Shown here in pieces: positions 22,847 to 36,291 of a stretch of DNA of 64,000 nucleotides. The stretch is from Candidatus Dormiibacterota bacterium (GTDB taxonomy: Bacteria > Chloroflexota > Dormibacteria > Aeolococcales > Aeolococcaceae): the NCBI GenBank assembly GCA_963751755.1, contig CAVVVH010000006.1, positions 91,224 to 155,223 on the forward strand, in the 5' to 3' direction. A program made the translations under genes and the position numbers. The notes beneath the pieces were generated by a model that did no database searches, was not told the origin of the DNA, and was given only the letters and a program-made list of their open reading frames with translations. Position 1 is the first letter of the stretch. Every line of letters starts with the position of its first letter.

Positions 22847-23217
22847 CCGCGCCGCTGCAGGCCGGCGACGTGGCCTTCATCCACCGCGTCGCCGCGAGCC
22901 GGTTCGCCGGGGGCGACGCCGGGCACCGTTGATCGAGCTGCCGTCGACGACGCGGTGGCCGCCGCCGCCGAGGGCACCGCGTTCGTCCGCGCGGCCACGC
23001 TCGCCGCCGTGCTGCTGCAGCGCCGCGCGTTCAGCACCGCGCCGCTGCAGACCGCCCTGCTCGTCCTGCACTGCGCGACTGAGCCTCGACGGCTTCAGCC
23101 TGGTGGCCCCGCAGGGGGTGCTCGCGGGGATGATCCGCAGCCTGGCGAAGGACGGCGACGCGGCCGAGCGTGGCTCGCTGGCTGGAGGATCGCGCCGTGC
23201 CCGCCGCCTCGGGCTGA
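22843..23217 (+). CDS. Doc/Fic-fold protein with degenerate catalytic motif (frameshifted)
   Basis: VAFIHR...FVRAATLAAVLLQRRAFSTAPLQTALLVL...LDGFSL...ARWLEDR follows the Doc pattern, but HPFxDGNKR is replaced by RAFSTAPLQ. Confidence 0.6.
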
Positions 23218-23298
23218 GGCCGGCCGCGCCGGCCGTCGCGGCCGGCCTGGCGCCCGGTCGTGCGCTCGCGGACATGGCCCGTATGATGGGCAGCGACA

Positions 23299-25852
23299 AT
23301 GAACTCGTCGCTCGGCCGGCTCGGGCATCAAGGCGGTGGTCATGGCCGGCGGAGAGGGCTCGCGCCTCCGTCCGCTCACCAGCCAGTACCCCAAGCCGCT
23401 CGTCCCGGTGGCCGGGACCCCGGTCATCGAGCACATCCTCCGGCTGCTGCGCGACCACGGCATCACCCAGGTGATCCTCACCCTGCAGTACCTGGGCGCC
23501 GAGATCCGCAACCGCCTCGGCGACGGCTCCGACCTCGACATGGAGATCGAGTACGTCGTCGAGGACCGCCCGCTGGGCACGGCGGGGAGCGTCCGCAACG
23601 CCGCCCACCTGCTCGACGACACCTTCCTGGTCATCAGCGGCGACGCCCTCACCGACATCGACCTCACCTGGGTGCATCGCCGAGCACCGGCGGCGCCAGA
23701 GCCACGCCAGCATCGTGCTCAAGAGCGTGCCCAACCCGCTCGAGTACGGCGTGGTGGTCACCGAGGCCGACGGCAGGGTGCAACCGCTTCCTCGAGAAGC
23801 CGTCGTGGGGCGAGGTGTTCAGCGACCACGCCAACACCGGCATCTACGTCATCGAGCCGTCCGTGCTGGAGCACATCGAGCCCGACGTCGTCCGTCGACT
23901 GGTCGCAGGACGTCTTCCCGCGGATGCTGCGCCGCAAGGAGCCGCTCTACGGGATCGTCGCCGAGGGCTACTGGTGCGACATCGGCTCCATCCAGTCGTA
24001 CATGCAGGCCAACTGGGACGCGCTCGAGGGCCACGTGCGCTGCCACATCCCGGGTCGCCGCGAGGGCAACGTCTGGATCGGCGACGGCGTCGAGTTCGGC
24101 ATCGGCGTGCAGCTCGAGGGCCCGGCGTTCATCGGCGACGAGGTCAAGCTCAAGGCGGGCGCCTTCATCAACGGCCACGCCGTCATCGACAAGTACGCGA
24201 TCATCGACGACAACGCCAAGGTCTCCAACACGGTGATCTGGCCGCACTCCTACATCGGCGAGAACTGCCGCCTGCGCCAGAGCATCGTCTGCCGCAACGT
24301 CACCATCAAGAACGGCAGCCTGCTCGAGGAGAACACCGTCATCGGTGACGACTGCGTCATCGGGCACGGGTCGCGGATCCGCTCCGGGCGTGAAGATCTG
24401 GCCGCACAAGGAGGTGGAGCCCGGCTCGACCGTCAACGAGTCGGTGATCTGGGCGGGCGAGTGGCGCCGCGGCCTCTTCTCCTCCTACGGCATGGGCGGC
24501 CTCATCAACGTCGAGCTCACCCCCGAGTTCTGCGCGCGGCTGGGCGCCGCGTTCGCCGCCACCCTGCCGCGCAGCGCCACCATCGCGGTGGCCCGCGACC
24601 ACGCGCGCAGCTCGCGGATGATCAAGCGGGCCATGGTCTCCGGCCTGATCAGCGCCGGCGCCACCGTGCGCGACCTCAACGAGCTGCCGGTGCCGATCAC
24701 GCAGTTCGCCACCCGCGGCGGCCACTGCGACGCCGGCGTCCACGTGCTCGTGTCGCCGCTCGACCAGCGCAGCGCCGACATCCGCTTCTTCGACGGCGAC
24801 GGCCTGCAGATCGACAAGCGCGCCGAGCGCAAGTTCGAGAACCTCTTCTTCCGCGAGGACTTCCGGCGCGCCGCCTTCTACGAGATGGGCGACATCGAGC
24901 ACGTCGACCCGCACGGCGACTACTGCCGGCACCTGATGGACAGCGTCGACGCCGCCGCCATCCGCGCGGCCGGCTTCCGCGTGCTCATCGACTACGACTA
25001 CAGCCAGGCGTCGACGGTGCTGCCCGGCATCCTCGACGACCTCGGCGTCACCGCCATCCCGCTCAACGCCGGGCTCAACGAGCAGCCCCACCACCAGCGC
25101 GTCCCCGACGAGACCGCGCTGGTCAGCCGCACCGTCAACGCCGACGTCGGCTGCATGATCAGCCCCACCGCGCGAGCGCATCACCTTCATCGACGACGAG
25201 GGCACGGTGATGACGCCGTACGAGACGTTCGGCATCCTGGTCACGCTGGTGGATGAAGACCCACCCCGGCATCGTGCTGGCGCCGGCGAGCACACCGCAG
25301 TGGATCGCCTCGCTGGTCGAGGAGGCCGGCGGCACGTTCACGCCGACGCCGGGCGAGGCGTCGGCCGTGCTGCGCGCCTCCGCCGCGCCGAGCACGTGCC
25401 TCGCCGCCGACGGCGAGGGCGGCTTCATCTGGCCGTACTTCTTCGGCGCCTACGACGCCATGTACACGCTGGTCAAGCTGCTCGAGATGCGCGCCGTGTT
25501 CCAGGTGCCGCTGAGCGAGATGCGCCGCGCAGCTGCCGCGTGTCGACGTACATCACCGCCACGGAGTTCTGCCCGTGGGAGGCCAAGGGAAAGGTGATGC
25601 GCCGCCTCCTCGAGGACCACGACGGGCGCGAGGTGGACCTCGTCGACGGCCTCAAGGTGTTCGTCGACGGCGGCTTCGTGCTGGTGCGCCCCGACCCCGA
25701 CGAGCCCGCGTACCACGTGGTCGCCAGCGTCGACGACGAGGCGACCGGCAGGCGCCTGGTCGCCGAGTACCTCGACCGGGTCCGCGCCGCGCAGGGGTCG
25801 AACGGGCACGGCGGCAGCTGGTGGCGGTGCTGGAGACGTCCCGACCACCTGA
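23299..25852 (+). CDS. Mannose-1-phosphate guanylyltransferase/phosphomannomutase-like fusion (frameshifted)
   Basis: [48 protein letters not shown], hexapeptide repeats, KIWPHK, PGM-like domains, [11 protein letters not shown]. Confidence 0.9.
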
Positions 25853-25855
25853 GGC

Positions 25856-28089
25856 TCAGGCGGCCTCGTTCTCCGCCGGCAGCGGGCAGGCGCTGGGCCC
25901 AGCGCGGCGCCCACCAGTTGGCCCTGCCGAGGAGGCGCATCAGCGCCGGGACCACGAGCGCGCGCACCAGGGTGGCGTCGGCGAGGACGGCGACCGCCAT
26001 GCCGATGCCCGTCGCCTTGATGGTGACCACGCGCGCGAGGCCGAAGGCGAGGAAGACGGTGATCATGATCGCCGCGGCGCCGGTCACCAGGCGGCCGCTG
26101 CGCTCCAGGCCCTCGGCGACGGCGGCGCGGTTGTCGTGCGTCCTGCGCCACGCCTCCTGCATGCGGGTGAGCAGGAAGACCTCGTAGTCCATGGACAGCC
26201 CGAACACCACGCAGAAGAGCAGCACCGGCAGGGTGGGATCGATGGCGCTCGGGGTGACGTTGAGCAGGCTCGACAGGTGGCCGTCCTGGAAGATCCAGAC
26301 CATCGCGCCGAAGGCCGCGCTCAGCGACAGGAGGTTCATCAGCACCGCCTTGATGCGGCAGGATCACCGAGCGCAGCAGCAGGAACAGCACCACGATGGT
26401 GGTGAGCATCGCGAAGCCCACCGCCCACGGCGTCTGCTGGACGATGTAGTTGACGAAGTCGATGTCGAACGCGGTGTCGCCGGTCACCACGACGGTGGCG
26501 CCGGGAACGCTGTCATCGGCGCGGATGGTGCGCACCAGCGCGTGCGCGGCGTCGCTCGCCGGCAGCGCCGGGGTCACCGCGTCGAGCACCGCGATGCTGC
26601 TGCCCGACGGTGCGCGTCACCTCGTCGCGGACCGCGGGCGGGAAGCGACGACACGCCGCCGGCGTAGAGGCGCTGGTACCCGGCCACGCTCAGCGTCGGG
26701 TCGATGTCGACATAGCTGCGCACCGCCGCCACCCCGGGCGTCGCCGCCAGGCGGCGGCTCAAGCTGTCGGCGACGGCGACGTTGGCCGCTGACAGCGGGG
26801 AGCCGCTGTCGAACTGCACCACCACCTCGACGATGTTGCTGCCCTGGCTCGGGAACGCCGAGGCGAGCAGCTCAGCGCCCTGCCGCGCCTCGGCGTCGGC
26901 GGGCAGCTGGGTGACGTCGGTGCTGGCGAGGTGCAGGTGCAGGAACGGCGCGCCGGCGGCGAGCAGCACGGCGACCGTCGGGACCAGCACGGTGACGGGG
27001 CGGCGCATCACCGCCACCGCGACGCGGTGCCACATACCCTGCCCGAATGGGCGCGGGCGCAGCACCGGCACGGCGAGCCGGTTGATGCGCGGACCGAGCA
27101 CCGCCAGCAGGGCGGGGAGGAAGGTGAGGCCGAGCAGCACCGAGATGGCCACCACGATCGCCCCGCAGATGCCCATCGACACCAGGAACGTGCCGCGGTA
27201 GAAGAGCATCGCGGCGAGCCCGATGGCCACGGTCAGGCCGCTGAAGGCGATCGCGCGTCCCGCGGTGCCCATCGCGACCGCCACCGCGTCGTCGACCGTG
27301 CGGCCGCTGGCGAGCTCCTCACGGAAGCGGCTGACGATGAACAGCGAGTAGTCGATCGCGATGCCGAGCCCGATGAGCGTGACGATGTTGACCGCGTACG
27401 TCGACACGTCCATGACGTGGGCGAGGGAGCAGGGCGGCACCCACGCCGGCGGTCACCGACAGCAGGCCGATGGCCAGGCACACCAGGGCGCCCACGCCGG
27501 TGCCGAACACGACGAGGAGGAGGAGCGAGAGCGACCACCGAGGAGCCGATCTCCGCCTTCTGGAGGTCGGCGGCGAGCAGGCTGTCGAACGCGTACGCGA
27601 GGGCTGGGTCACCGGTCACCGCGACGGTCATCGGCGGCGGCGGGTGGATCTCCGCGCGGAGCTCGCCGAAGTGCGTGCGCGCGTCGGTGAAGCCGATGTT
27701 GAGCGAGACGATCGGCGAGCACGCGGTGGCCGTCGCCGGACACCATCTGCGCCGCGGTGGCGGCCGGCGGCGGTGTACGGCGGTGCGGATCCCGGCGACG
27801 CGGCGGTCGGCGGCCAGCGGCGCCAGGGCGCGGCTCACCTCCTGCCGGAAGCCGCTGTCGGCGGAGGAGCGCGCGGTGTCGGTGAGGATGACCGTGAAGG
27901 TCACACCGCCCTTGGGCAGCTGGCTCGACATGAGCGAGAACCCGCGGCCGGACTCGAAGTCGAAGCTGTTGGAGTTCTGCGGCTCCCCACCGTTGGCGAT
28001 GGCGATGCCGGACGAGGACGAAGCCCGACCACGGAGAGCGCCAGCACGAGGCGGCGGTGCGCGTACACGAAGCGTCCCCACCGATGCAC
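25856..28089 (-). CDS. MMPL family transporter (frameshifted)
   Basis: GLGIAIDYSLFIVSRFREE, FGLSMDYEVFLLTR, LADATLVRALVVPA, NWWAP. Confidence 0.9.
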
Positions 28090-28180
28090 GCGCGCGAGTA
28101 TATCGACGCGTTCGCGTGCCACACCGACGAGGCGGTGGCCGTCAACGCGAGCGGTCCGGGCCGACTATCATTCCGCCGCA

Positions 28181-28437
28181 ATGGCAGAGGCCCTACCGGG
28201 GCGACGCGACGGCGCGGCAGCGGCAGACTCGGACTACCTCCGCCACGTCTGCCACGAGTTGCGTCAGCCGTTGGTCGTCGCGGTCGGGCTACGTGTCGAT
28301 GCTCGAGGACGGTTCGTTCGGCGAGCTCCCGCCCGAGGTGATCGGCGGTGCTGCACACGGTCGCCGGCCGCCTCGACGCCATGAACGCCATCATCGACGG
28401 CATGGCCGGGACGCCCCAGCCGCCGGCCGAGGGCTAG
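28181..28437 (+). CDS. Stand-alone HisKA (DHp) domain mini-protein, ~85 aa (frameshifted)
   Basis: YLRHVCHELRQPLVVAVGYVSMLEDGSFGELP...LDAMNAIIDGM; no sensor or HATPase domain; flanked by minus-strand genes. Confidence 0.7.
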
Positions 28438-28450
28438 GCTGCGCCGCTGC

Positions 28451-29421
28451 TCAGACAGACGCTGCGGGGACCGGCGGCCGCAGCCAGCTCGCGCTGCACC
28501 ACCTCGGCGAGCGCCTCGATGAACGTCGGGTCGGTGTTGGGCATCGCGATGCGGTGGAAGCGGAGCCCGGCGGCGCGCGCCTGCTCGGCGGCCGCGACGT
28601 CGATGTCGTAGAGGATCTCGAGGTGGTCGGCGACGAACTGCACCGGGACCACCAGGACGTCGCGCGCCCCGGACTTGCGGATGCCGGGCAGCACGTCGGT
28701 GAGGTCGGGCTTCAGCCACTCCTCGGGGGTGTGGCCGGCGCTCTGGAACGCGAACACCCAGCGCGCCGCGGCCAGGCCGACCCGCTCGGCGACGGCGGCG
28801 ATGGTCTCGTTCACCTGCGCCATGTAGCCGGGGTCGCGCTCCACGACGCGGCGCGGCAGGCTGTGCGCGGTGAAGACGACGCCGACCCGGGCGCGGTCGG
28901 CGGCGTCGAACGTGCTGCAGCGCTGTCCACGACGCGTGCGGCCAGCGAGGCGACCCACGAGCCGGTGGTGTGCCACGCGCCGGCGAGCCGGACGGGCAGC
29001 GCCGGCGCCACCTCCGCCACCGCCGCGTCGAGCGCGCGCTGGTAGCCGGTCAGGATCAGCGGCGAGTACTGCGGGGCCAGCACGATGGCGATGACGCGCG
29101 ACACACCCTCGCCGGCGAGGGCGCGCAGCGAGCTCGCTGATCCAGCGGGCTGCGAGTGCAGCATCCCCGCGGACACCACGAAGCGGCGCTCACCCGGGCC
29201 GGTCGTCGAGCCGCCGCTCAAGGGCCGCCGCCTGCGCGAGCGTGATGTCGATGAGCGGCGAGCGGCCGATGACGTCGAACCGGCGCGTGAACTCCTCGAC
29301 GAGCTCGGCGGACGGCTCACCGCCGCCGCGCACGCTGCGCAGGTAGGCGGGAACATCGGCGGACGTCACGGCCGAACCGAAGGTCATCAGCAGCACGCCG
29401 ACGCGGTCCCGCGCTGCTCAC
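28451..29421 (-). CDS. hemH: Ferrochelatase (frameshifted)
   Basis: [33 protein letters not shown]...[18 protein letters not shown]; end approximate. Confidence 0.92.
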
Positions 29422-30485
29422 GCGCGCCTCCGACGGTGCGCTCGTGCACCAGGTCGACGATCCGCCGCAGCGTGTCGGCCGGCGTGTCGGCGAGCACCCC
29501 GTGGCCGAGGTTGAAGATGTGCCCGCGCCGCCCGCCGGCCTCGGCGAGCACGCGGCTCGGCCTCGCGCTCGACCACCGGCCACGGGGCCAGGCACACGGT
29601 GGGATCGAGGTTGCCCTGGATGGCGAGGTCGCCGATGCGTGACCACGCCTCGCCGAGCGGCAGCCGCCAGTCGACGGACATGGCGTCGGACCCCGCTCCG
29701 GCCATCTCCTCGAGGAGGTGGGCGGTGCCGGTGCCGAAATGGATGGTCGGCACCGCGCCGGCCAGCGCCGTGAAGATCCTGCGGACGTAGGGGAGCACGT
29801 ACTCGCGGTACTGGGCCGCGCTGAGCACGCCGATCCACGAGTCGAAGAGCTGCACCGCCTGCACGCCCGCGGCCACCTGGGCGCGCAGGTAGCGGATGGT
29901 CACCTCGGTGAGCGTCTCCATCAGCTCGTGCCACAGCGCGGGCTGGCCGAGCATCAGCGCCTTGCTGCGCGCGAAGTCCTTGGTGGGGCGGCCCTCGATG
30001 AGGTAGGAGGCCACCGTGAACGGAGCGCCGGCGAAGCCGAGGACCGCGGTGCGACCGTCGAGCTCGCGGCGGATCAGTCGGATCGCCTCGAACAGCTCCG
30101 GTGTCGCCTCCTCGGCGTCGACGATGCGCAGCGCGTGCACCGCGGCGGCGTCACGCACCGGCTCGTGGATGACCGGGCCCAGGCCGGGGTCGATGCTGAA
30201 CGGCACGCCCATGCCGAAGAGCGGCAGCATGATGTCGGCGTACAGCACCGCCGCGTCGACGCCGAACTCCTCGACGGGCATCAGCGTGACCCTCGCGCAC
30301 AGCTCGGGGGTGCGCGTCATGGTGAGGATGTCGTACGTCTCACGCAGCTCGCGGTACGCGGCGAGGCACCGGCCCGCCTGGCGCATGAACCACACCGGGG
30401 TGCGGTCCACGGGCTGGCGGCGGGCGGCCGCCAGGAAGCGCGTCGCCCCGGTCATGGCGAGCGGGGACGCGGGAGCGGTGGTCAC
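29418..30485 (-). CDS. hemE: Uroporphyrinogen decarboxylase
   Basis: [45 protein letters not shown]. Confidence 0.95.
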   Translation of the reverse strand: MTTAPASPLAMTGATRFLAAARRQPVDRTPVWFMRQAGRCLAAYRELRETYDILTMTRTPELCARVTLMPVEEFGVDAAVLYADIMLPLFGMGVPFSIDPGLGPVIHEPVRDAAAVHALRIVDAEEATPELFEAIRLIRRELDGRTAVLGFAGAPFTVASYLIEGRPTKDFARSKALMLGQPALWHELMETLTEVTIRYLRAQVAAGVQAVQLFDSWIGVLSAAQYREYVLPYVRRIFTALAGAVPTIHFGTGTAHLLEEMAGAGSDAMSVDWRLPLGEAWSRIGDLAIQGNLDPTVCLAPWPVVEREAEPRARRGRRAARAHLQPRPRGARRHAGRHAAADRRPGARAHRRRRA

Positions 30486-30535
30486 GGATCGAGGGTACCG
30501 AACGGGGAGCGCGAGTCGGCCTGGCGCGGCGAGGA

Positions 30536-31989
<1,454 letters not shown>

Positions 31990-31993
<4 letters not shown>

Positions 31994-34029
31994 GCGGGCT
32001 GGCCCGACAGGACGCGCACGAGGTCATCGCCGTAGCGGGCCAGCTTGGCCTGGCCGATGCCCGGTATCGCAAGGAGCTCTGCGGCGTTGGCCGGAGCGCT
32101 CCGCGCCAGCTCGCGCAGGGTGCGATCGCCGAACACCACGAACGCGGGCACGTCCTCGGCGACGGCAACCTCGCGCCGCCAGGTGCGGAGGAGCTCGAAG
32201 CGGGCTTGCGCGTCGCCGTCGAGCGCCTCGTCGGTGCGCGCGCCGCTGCGGAGCGGTCGCTGCACCGCGCCCACAACCTCGATCTCCACCTCGACGTCCT
32301 TGTCGCCGTTGAGCGCGGAGCGGCCGAGCTGGGTCAGCGACAGCACCGGCCGCTCCCCGCTGCTTCGCGCCGCGTAGCCGTCCTCGACCAGCGTGGCGAG
32401 CAACTCACGGATTGCCTCGACGGTCCACGTGCGCAGCGCGCCGAAGAAGGCTGCGTCCTTCACCCAGGCGCGCTGCTGGGTCCACGCATCGTCCGAGCCG
32501 CGCAGCAGCGCGGCCAACCGCGACGCCCCGAGGTGGCCGTCGAAACGGGCAACACAGCCGAGCGCGGCGGTGAGGTCGGCGGTGGCCACCGACACGCGCG
32601 CGCGGCGCGGCTGCAGGCAGTTGTCGCAGGACTCGCACGTCCGTGGCGCGCCCTCCTCGCCGAAATAGTCCGCGATGCGCGCGTGACGGCACCCCGAGCT
32701 GCGCGCGTAGTCCATCACCTGGTGGAGTCGCGCGTATGCATGATCACGCAGGACGGTCTGTGCGTCGAAGTCGGTTGGCGCGGCGCGCAGCCGGCTGATG
32801 TCGCCACCATCGAGCAGCGCTCCGGCGCGACGCAGCAGGTCCAGGGACGCGCGGACCACGTGGCGCTCGCGCGAGGGCAGGCGCTGCTCCCAGTCGTCGA
32901 GATCCCAGCGCCCCTCGCGGAGCACCTCGCGGTACACGTCGCGGACCGCGTCCCGCTCGGGGTACGCCTGCTCGATGAAGAAGGCCTGCAGGTCGCGGTC
33001 GGCGGGGCTGTACAGCAGCGTGCAGTCCGCGCGCTCGCCGTCACGGCCCGCGCGCCCCGCCTCCTGGTAGTACTGCTCGATGCTGCCGGGGAAATCGAGG
33101 TGGATGACGCTGCGGATGTCCGGTAGATCGATCCCCATGCCGAACGCCGAGGTGGCGGCGACGACGTCGATGTCGCCGTCGATGAAGCCGGTGTGGGCCC
33201 GCGCGCGCGCGGCCGCGTCGAGGTCGCCGTGGTACGGAGCGGCGCGGAACCCGTTGTCGCGCAGCAACGCGGCGATCTCCTCGGTGGCTCGGACGCGCCC
33301 GCAGTACACGATGGCGCGGCCGGGAAGCGCGCGCAGCGCCGCCAGGACAGCAGCGCGCTTCTGCTGCTGGCCGCGGCAGCGCGTCACGCACAGGCGCAGC
33401 TCTGGGCGCACGAAGCCGGTGACGCGCACCGCCGGGTCGCGCATGCCGAGCGACTCGACGATGTCGTGGCGCACGCGCGGCGTCGCAGTCGCGGTGAACG
33501 CGCCGATCGGGGGCCGCCCGCACAAGGCCGCGGCGTCGCGGAGCCGGCGGTAGTCGGGCCGGAAGTCGTGCCCCCAGCTGGAGATGCAGTGGGCCTCGTC
33601 GATGGCCAGCCGGGTGACGCGCAGGCCACTCAGGGCGGCGGTGAAGGAGGCGACGCCGAAGCGCTCGGGGGTGACGTAGAGGAAGCGCAACTCGCCGGAG
33701 CGGGCCTCGGCGAGCGTGGCCTCCTGCGTTGACCGGTCCACTTGGGAGTGCAGCGCGGCGGCGGTGACCCCGAGCGAGCGCAGCCGCGCCACCTGGTCGT
33801 TCATCAGCGCGATCAGCGGGGAGACCACCAGAGTGAGACCGCCGCCGACGATGCCCGGCACCCAGTACCCGATGCTCTTCCCCGAGCCGGTGGGGGCGAC
33901 CAGGAGGAGGTCGCTCCCCGCCTCCGCGGCCGCGACGATCTCGCCCTGGCCGGGGCGGAAGTCGCTGAACCCGAAAACCCGCTGGAGGACGTCCGCCGCC
34001 GCTTGGCTGGGCGCCGCGCCCGCGGTCAC
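31990..34029 (-). CDS. recQ: RecQ family DNA helicase with RQC and HRDC domains
   Basis: PTGSGKS, SPLIALMNDQV, DEAHCISSWGHDFRPDY, AFGMGID, YYQEAGRAGRDG, CR...CESCDNC, HRDC tail. Confidence 0.93.
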
Positions 34030-34125
34030 GCCGGGACCGAGCCCATCGGCCCGCGAGCGGCGAGCAGTGTCATCGCGCCGAGGGTAGCAGGAGCCTGCGG
34101 ACGGTCCGCGGACGGCCGCCGGCCG

Positions 34126-34404
34126 TCAGTCGACGCCGATGTCGAACGCCGCAGCCTCGTCACCCCGCCCGTAGGAACGGATGGCGACGTGGGTGTTGGT
34201 GCGGGTGATGCCCGGCAGGGTGGTGATCCGCTCCGTGACGAGCGTGGCCAGCGCGTCGAGGTCGGGGACCCTGACGATGGCGACGAAGTCCGCCGAGCCG
34301 GTGGTTGTGTACACCTCGGCGACGCCCTCGGTGTCGGCGAGCCCGCGGGCCACGTCGTGGATGTGGGCGGGCTCGCAGAGCACCAGCAGGAAGGCGGTGA
34401 CCAC
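34126..34404 (-). CDS. Lrp/AsnC ligand-binding domain protein (no HTH)
   Basis: MVTAFLLV...EGVAEVYTTTG..D......V...PGITRTNT. Confidence 0.85.
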   Translation of the reverse strand: MVTAFLLVLCEPAHIHDVARGLADTEGVAEVYTTTGSADFVAIVRVPDLDALATLVTERITTLPGITRTNTHVAIRSYGRGDEAAAFDIGVD

Positions 34405-34526
34405 CGGCCGAGCCTAGCAGGAGCCGCCGTCCCAGCTGGGACGCTGCCAGCCGGCGATTGCGCGAAACGTCTGGCTCGCGGAGAATGCCGAGTCGCCCGT
34501 CGAGGCGCCCAACCAAGGAGCGGCAG

Positions 34527-36146
34527 ATGAACAGCACGATGCAGCCGTACCAGCTGACGGTCACCTCGCTGATGACCCGCGGGGCGCAGCTGTTCGCGAA
34601 CAGCGAGGTGATCACCTGGCAGGGCGACACCGCGCGCCACACCCGGTACGCCGAGGTCGCCGAGCGCGCTGCACGTCTCGCCAACGTGCTGGCCGGGATG
34701 GGCGTGCAGCCGGGCGACCGGGTGGGCACGCTGGCGTGGAACAACCAGGAGCACCTCGAGGCGTACCTGGCGATCCCGTGCATGGGAGCTGTGCTGCACA
34801 CGCTCAACCTGCGTCTGACGCCGCAGCAGCTGGTTCACATCGTCAACGACGCCAAGGACAAGGTGATCATCGTGGACGGGTCGTTGGTGCCTCTCCTGGC
34901 CGCGATCCGTGAGCACGTCCCCACCGTCGAGCACGTCATCGTGGTTGGGGAGGGCGACACGGAGAAGCTCGGCGACCACGTGAGGTACGAGGACGCGATC
35001 TCCAGCCAATCCACGCAGTACGATTGGCCGGAGATCGACGAAGAGTCGGCCGCAGCGATGTGCTACACGACCGGCACCACCGGCGACCCCAAGGGTGTTG
35101 TGTACAGCCACAGGTCGATCTGGCTGCACTGCTTCGGGGTCTGGGGCGCGTTCCGGCTGGACGAGTCCGAGCGGCTCCTGATGATCGTGCCGATGTTCCA
35201 CGTCAACGCGTGGGGCATCCCGTACGTTGCGTGGATGCTCGGCTGCACCCTGCTGCTGCCGGATCGCTTTCTGCAGCCGGAGCCTCTGTGCGCGTTCATC
35301 AAAGCCGAACAGCCCAGCTTCACCGGCGGTGTCCCCACCATCTTCACCGGCATGCTGCAGTACGCGCAGGCCACCAACGCCGACCTCTCGTCGATCAAGC
35401 GCGCCATCTGCGGTGGCTCCGCGGTGCCGCGCGCGCTCATCGAGGCCTTCCGCGACAACCTGAACATCGAGCTCATCCAGGCGTGGGGCATGACCGAGAC
35501 CAGCCCGCTCGGGTGCATTGCGTTCCCGCCCGCGGGCATCGCGCCTGAGGAGGAGATGGACTGGCGCGCCAAGACAGGCCGGGCCATGCCTGGCGTTGAG
35601 CTCCGCATCGTCGGCGAGGACGGCAACGAGGTGCCGTGGGACGGCACCTCGGTGGGGGAGCTCGAGGCGCGCGGGCCTTGGATCACCGGCTCGTACTACG
35701 GGGTCGAGGCGCCCGAGCGCTTCCACGACGGCTGGCTGCGCACCGGTGACGTCGGCGTCTTCGACGAGCGTGGCTACCTGCAGATCACCGACCGCTCGAA
35801 GGACGTCATCAAATCCGGCGGTGAGTGGATCTCCTCCGTGGAGCTCGAGAATCACCTCGCTGCCCACCCCGCGGTCGCGGAGGCCGCCGTCGTGGGCGTC
35901 GCCGACGACAAGTGGGAGGAGCGCCCGCTGGCGGCCGTGGTGCTCAAGGCGGGCCAGGCTGCGGGCCCGGAGGATCTGCGCACCTTCCTCGACGGCAAGG
36001 TGGCACGCTGGTGGCTGCCCGAGCGCTGGACCTTCCTCGACGAGCTGCCCAAGACCAGCGTGGGCAAGCAGGACAAGAAGGTGATCCGCCAGCTCTACAT
36101 CGACGGCAAGCTCGAGGTCCAGGAGATCGGCAAGGCCGCACGCTGA
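34527..36146 (+). CDS. Long-chain fatty acid-CoA ligase
   Basis: YTTGTTGDPKGV, WGMTETSP, GWLRTGD, DRSKDVIKSGGEWIS, PKTSVGK; RBS AAGGAG. Confidence 0.93.
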   Translation: MNSTMQPYQLTVTSLMTRGAQLFANSEVITWQGDTARHTRYAEVAERAARLANVLAGMGVQPGDRVGTLAWNNQEHLEAYLAIPCMGAVLHTLNLRLTPQQLVHIVNDAKDKVIIVDGSLVPLLAAIREHVPTVEHVIVVGEGDTEKLGDHVRYEDAISSQSTQYDWPEIDEESAAAMCYTTGTTGDPKGVVYSHRSIWLHCFGVWGAFRLDESERLLMIVPMFHVNAWGIPYVAWMLGCTLLLPDRFLQPEPLCAFIKAEQPSFTGGVPTIFTGMLQYAQATNADLSSIKRAICGGSAVPRALIEAFRDNLNIELIQAWGMTETSPLGCIAFPPAGIAPEEEMDWRAKTGRAMPGVELRIVGEDGNEVPWDGTSVGELEARGPWITGSYYGVEAPERFHDGWLRTGDVGVFDERGYLQITDRSKDVIKSGGEWISSVELENHLAAHPAVAEAAVVGVADDKWEERPLAAVVLKAGQAAGPEDLRTFLDGKVARWWLPERWTFLDELPKTSVGKQDKKVIRQLYIDGKLEVQEIGKAAR

Positions 36147-36187
36147 CCGTGGGCGCGCGTCGCGCGACGGTACACTGGGCCCAGGGT

Positions 36188-36259
36188 GCGGGAGTAACTC
36201 AACGGTAGAGTGCAACCTTCCCAAGGTTGAAGTTGCGGGTTCGAGCCCCGTCTCCCGCT
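36188..36259 (+). tRNA. tRNA-Gly (CCC)
   Basis: Acceptor stem GCGGGAG/CTCCCGC, anticodon arm CAACC-TTCCCAA-GGTTG, T-loop GGTTCGAG; upstream -10 TACACT at 36171; CCA not fully encoded. Confidence 0.96.
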
Positions 36260-36291
36260 CCGCGGTCCATCAGACGTTCATGATGCGACCA

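Noticed and set aside
34026-36224. Long antisense and alternate-frame ORFs (this one, also 26931-29045, 52032-54563 and others)
   Set aside because: Shadow ORFs expected at high GC; Arg/Ala/Pro-rich and lacking motifs
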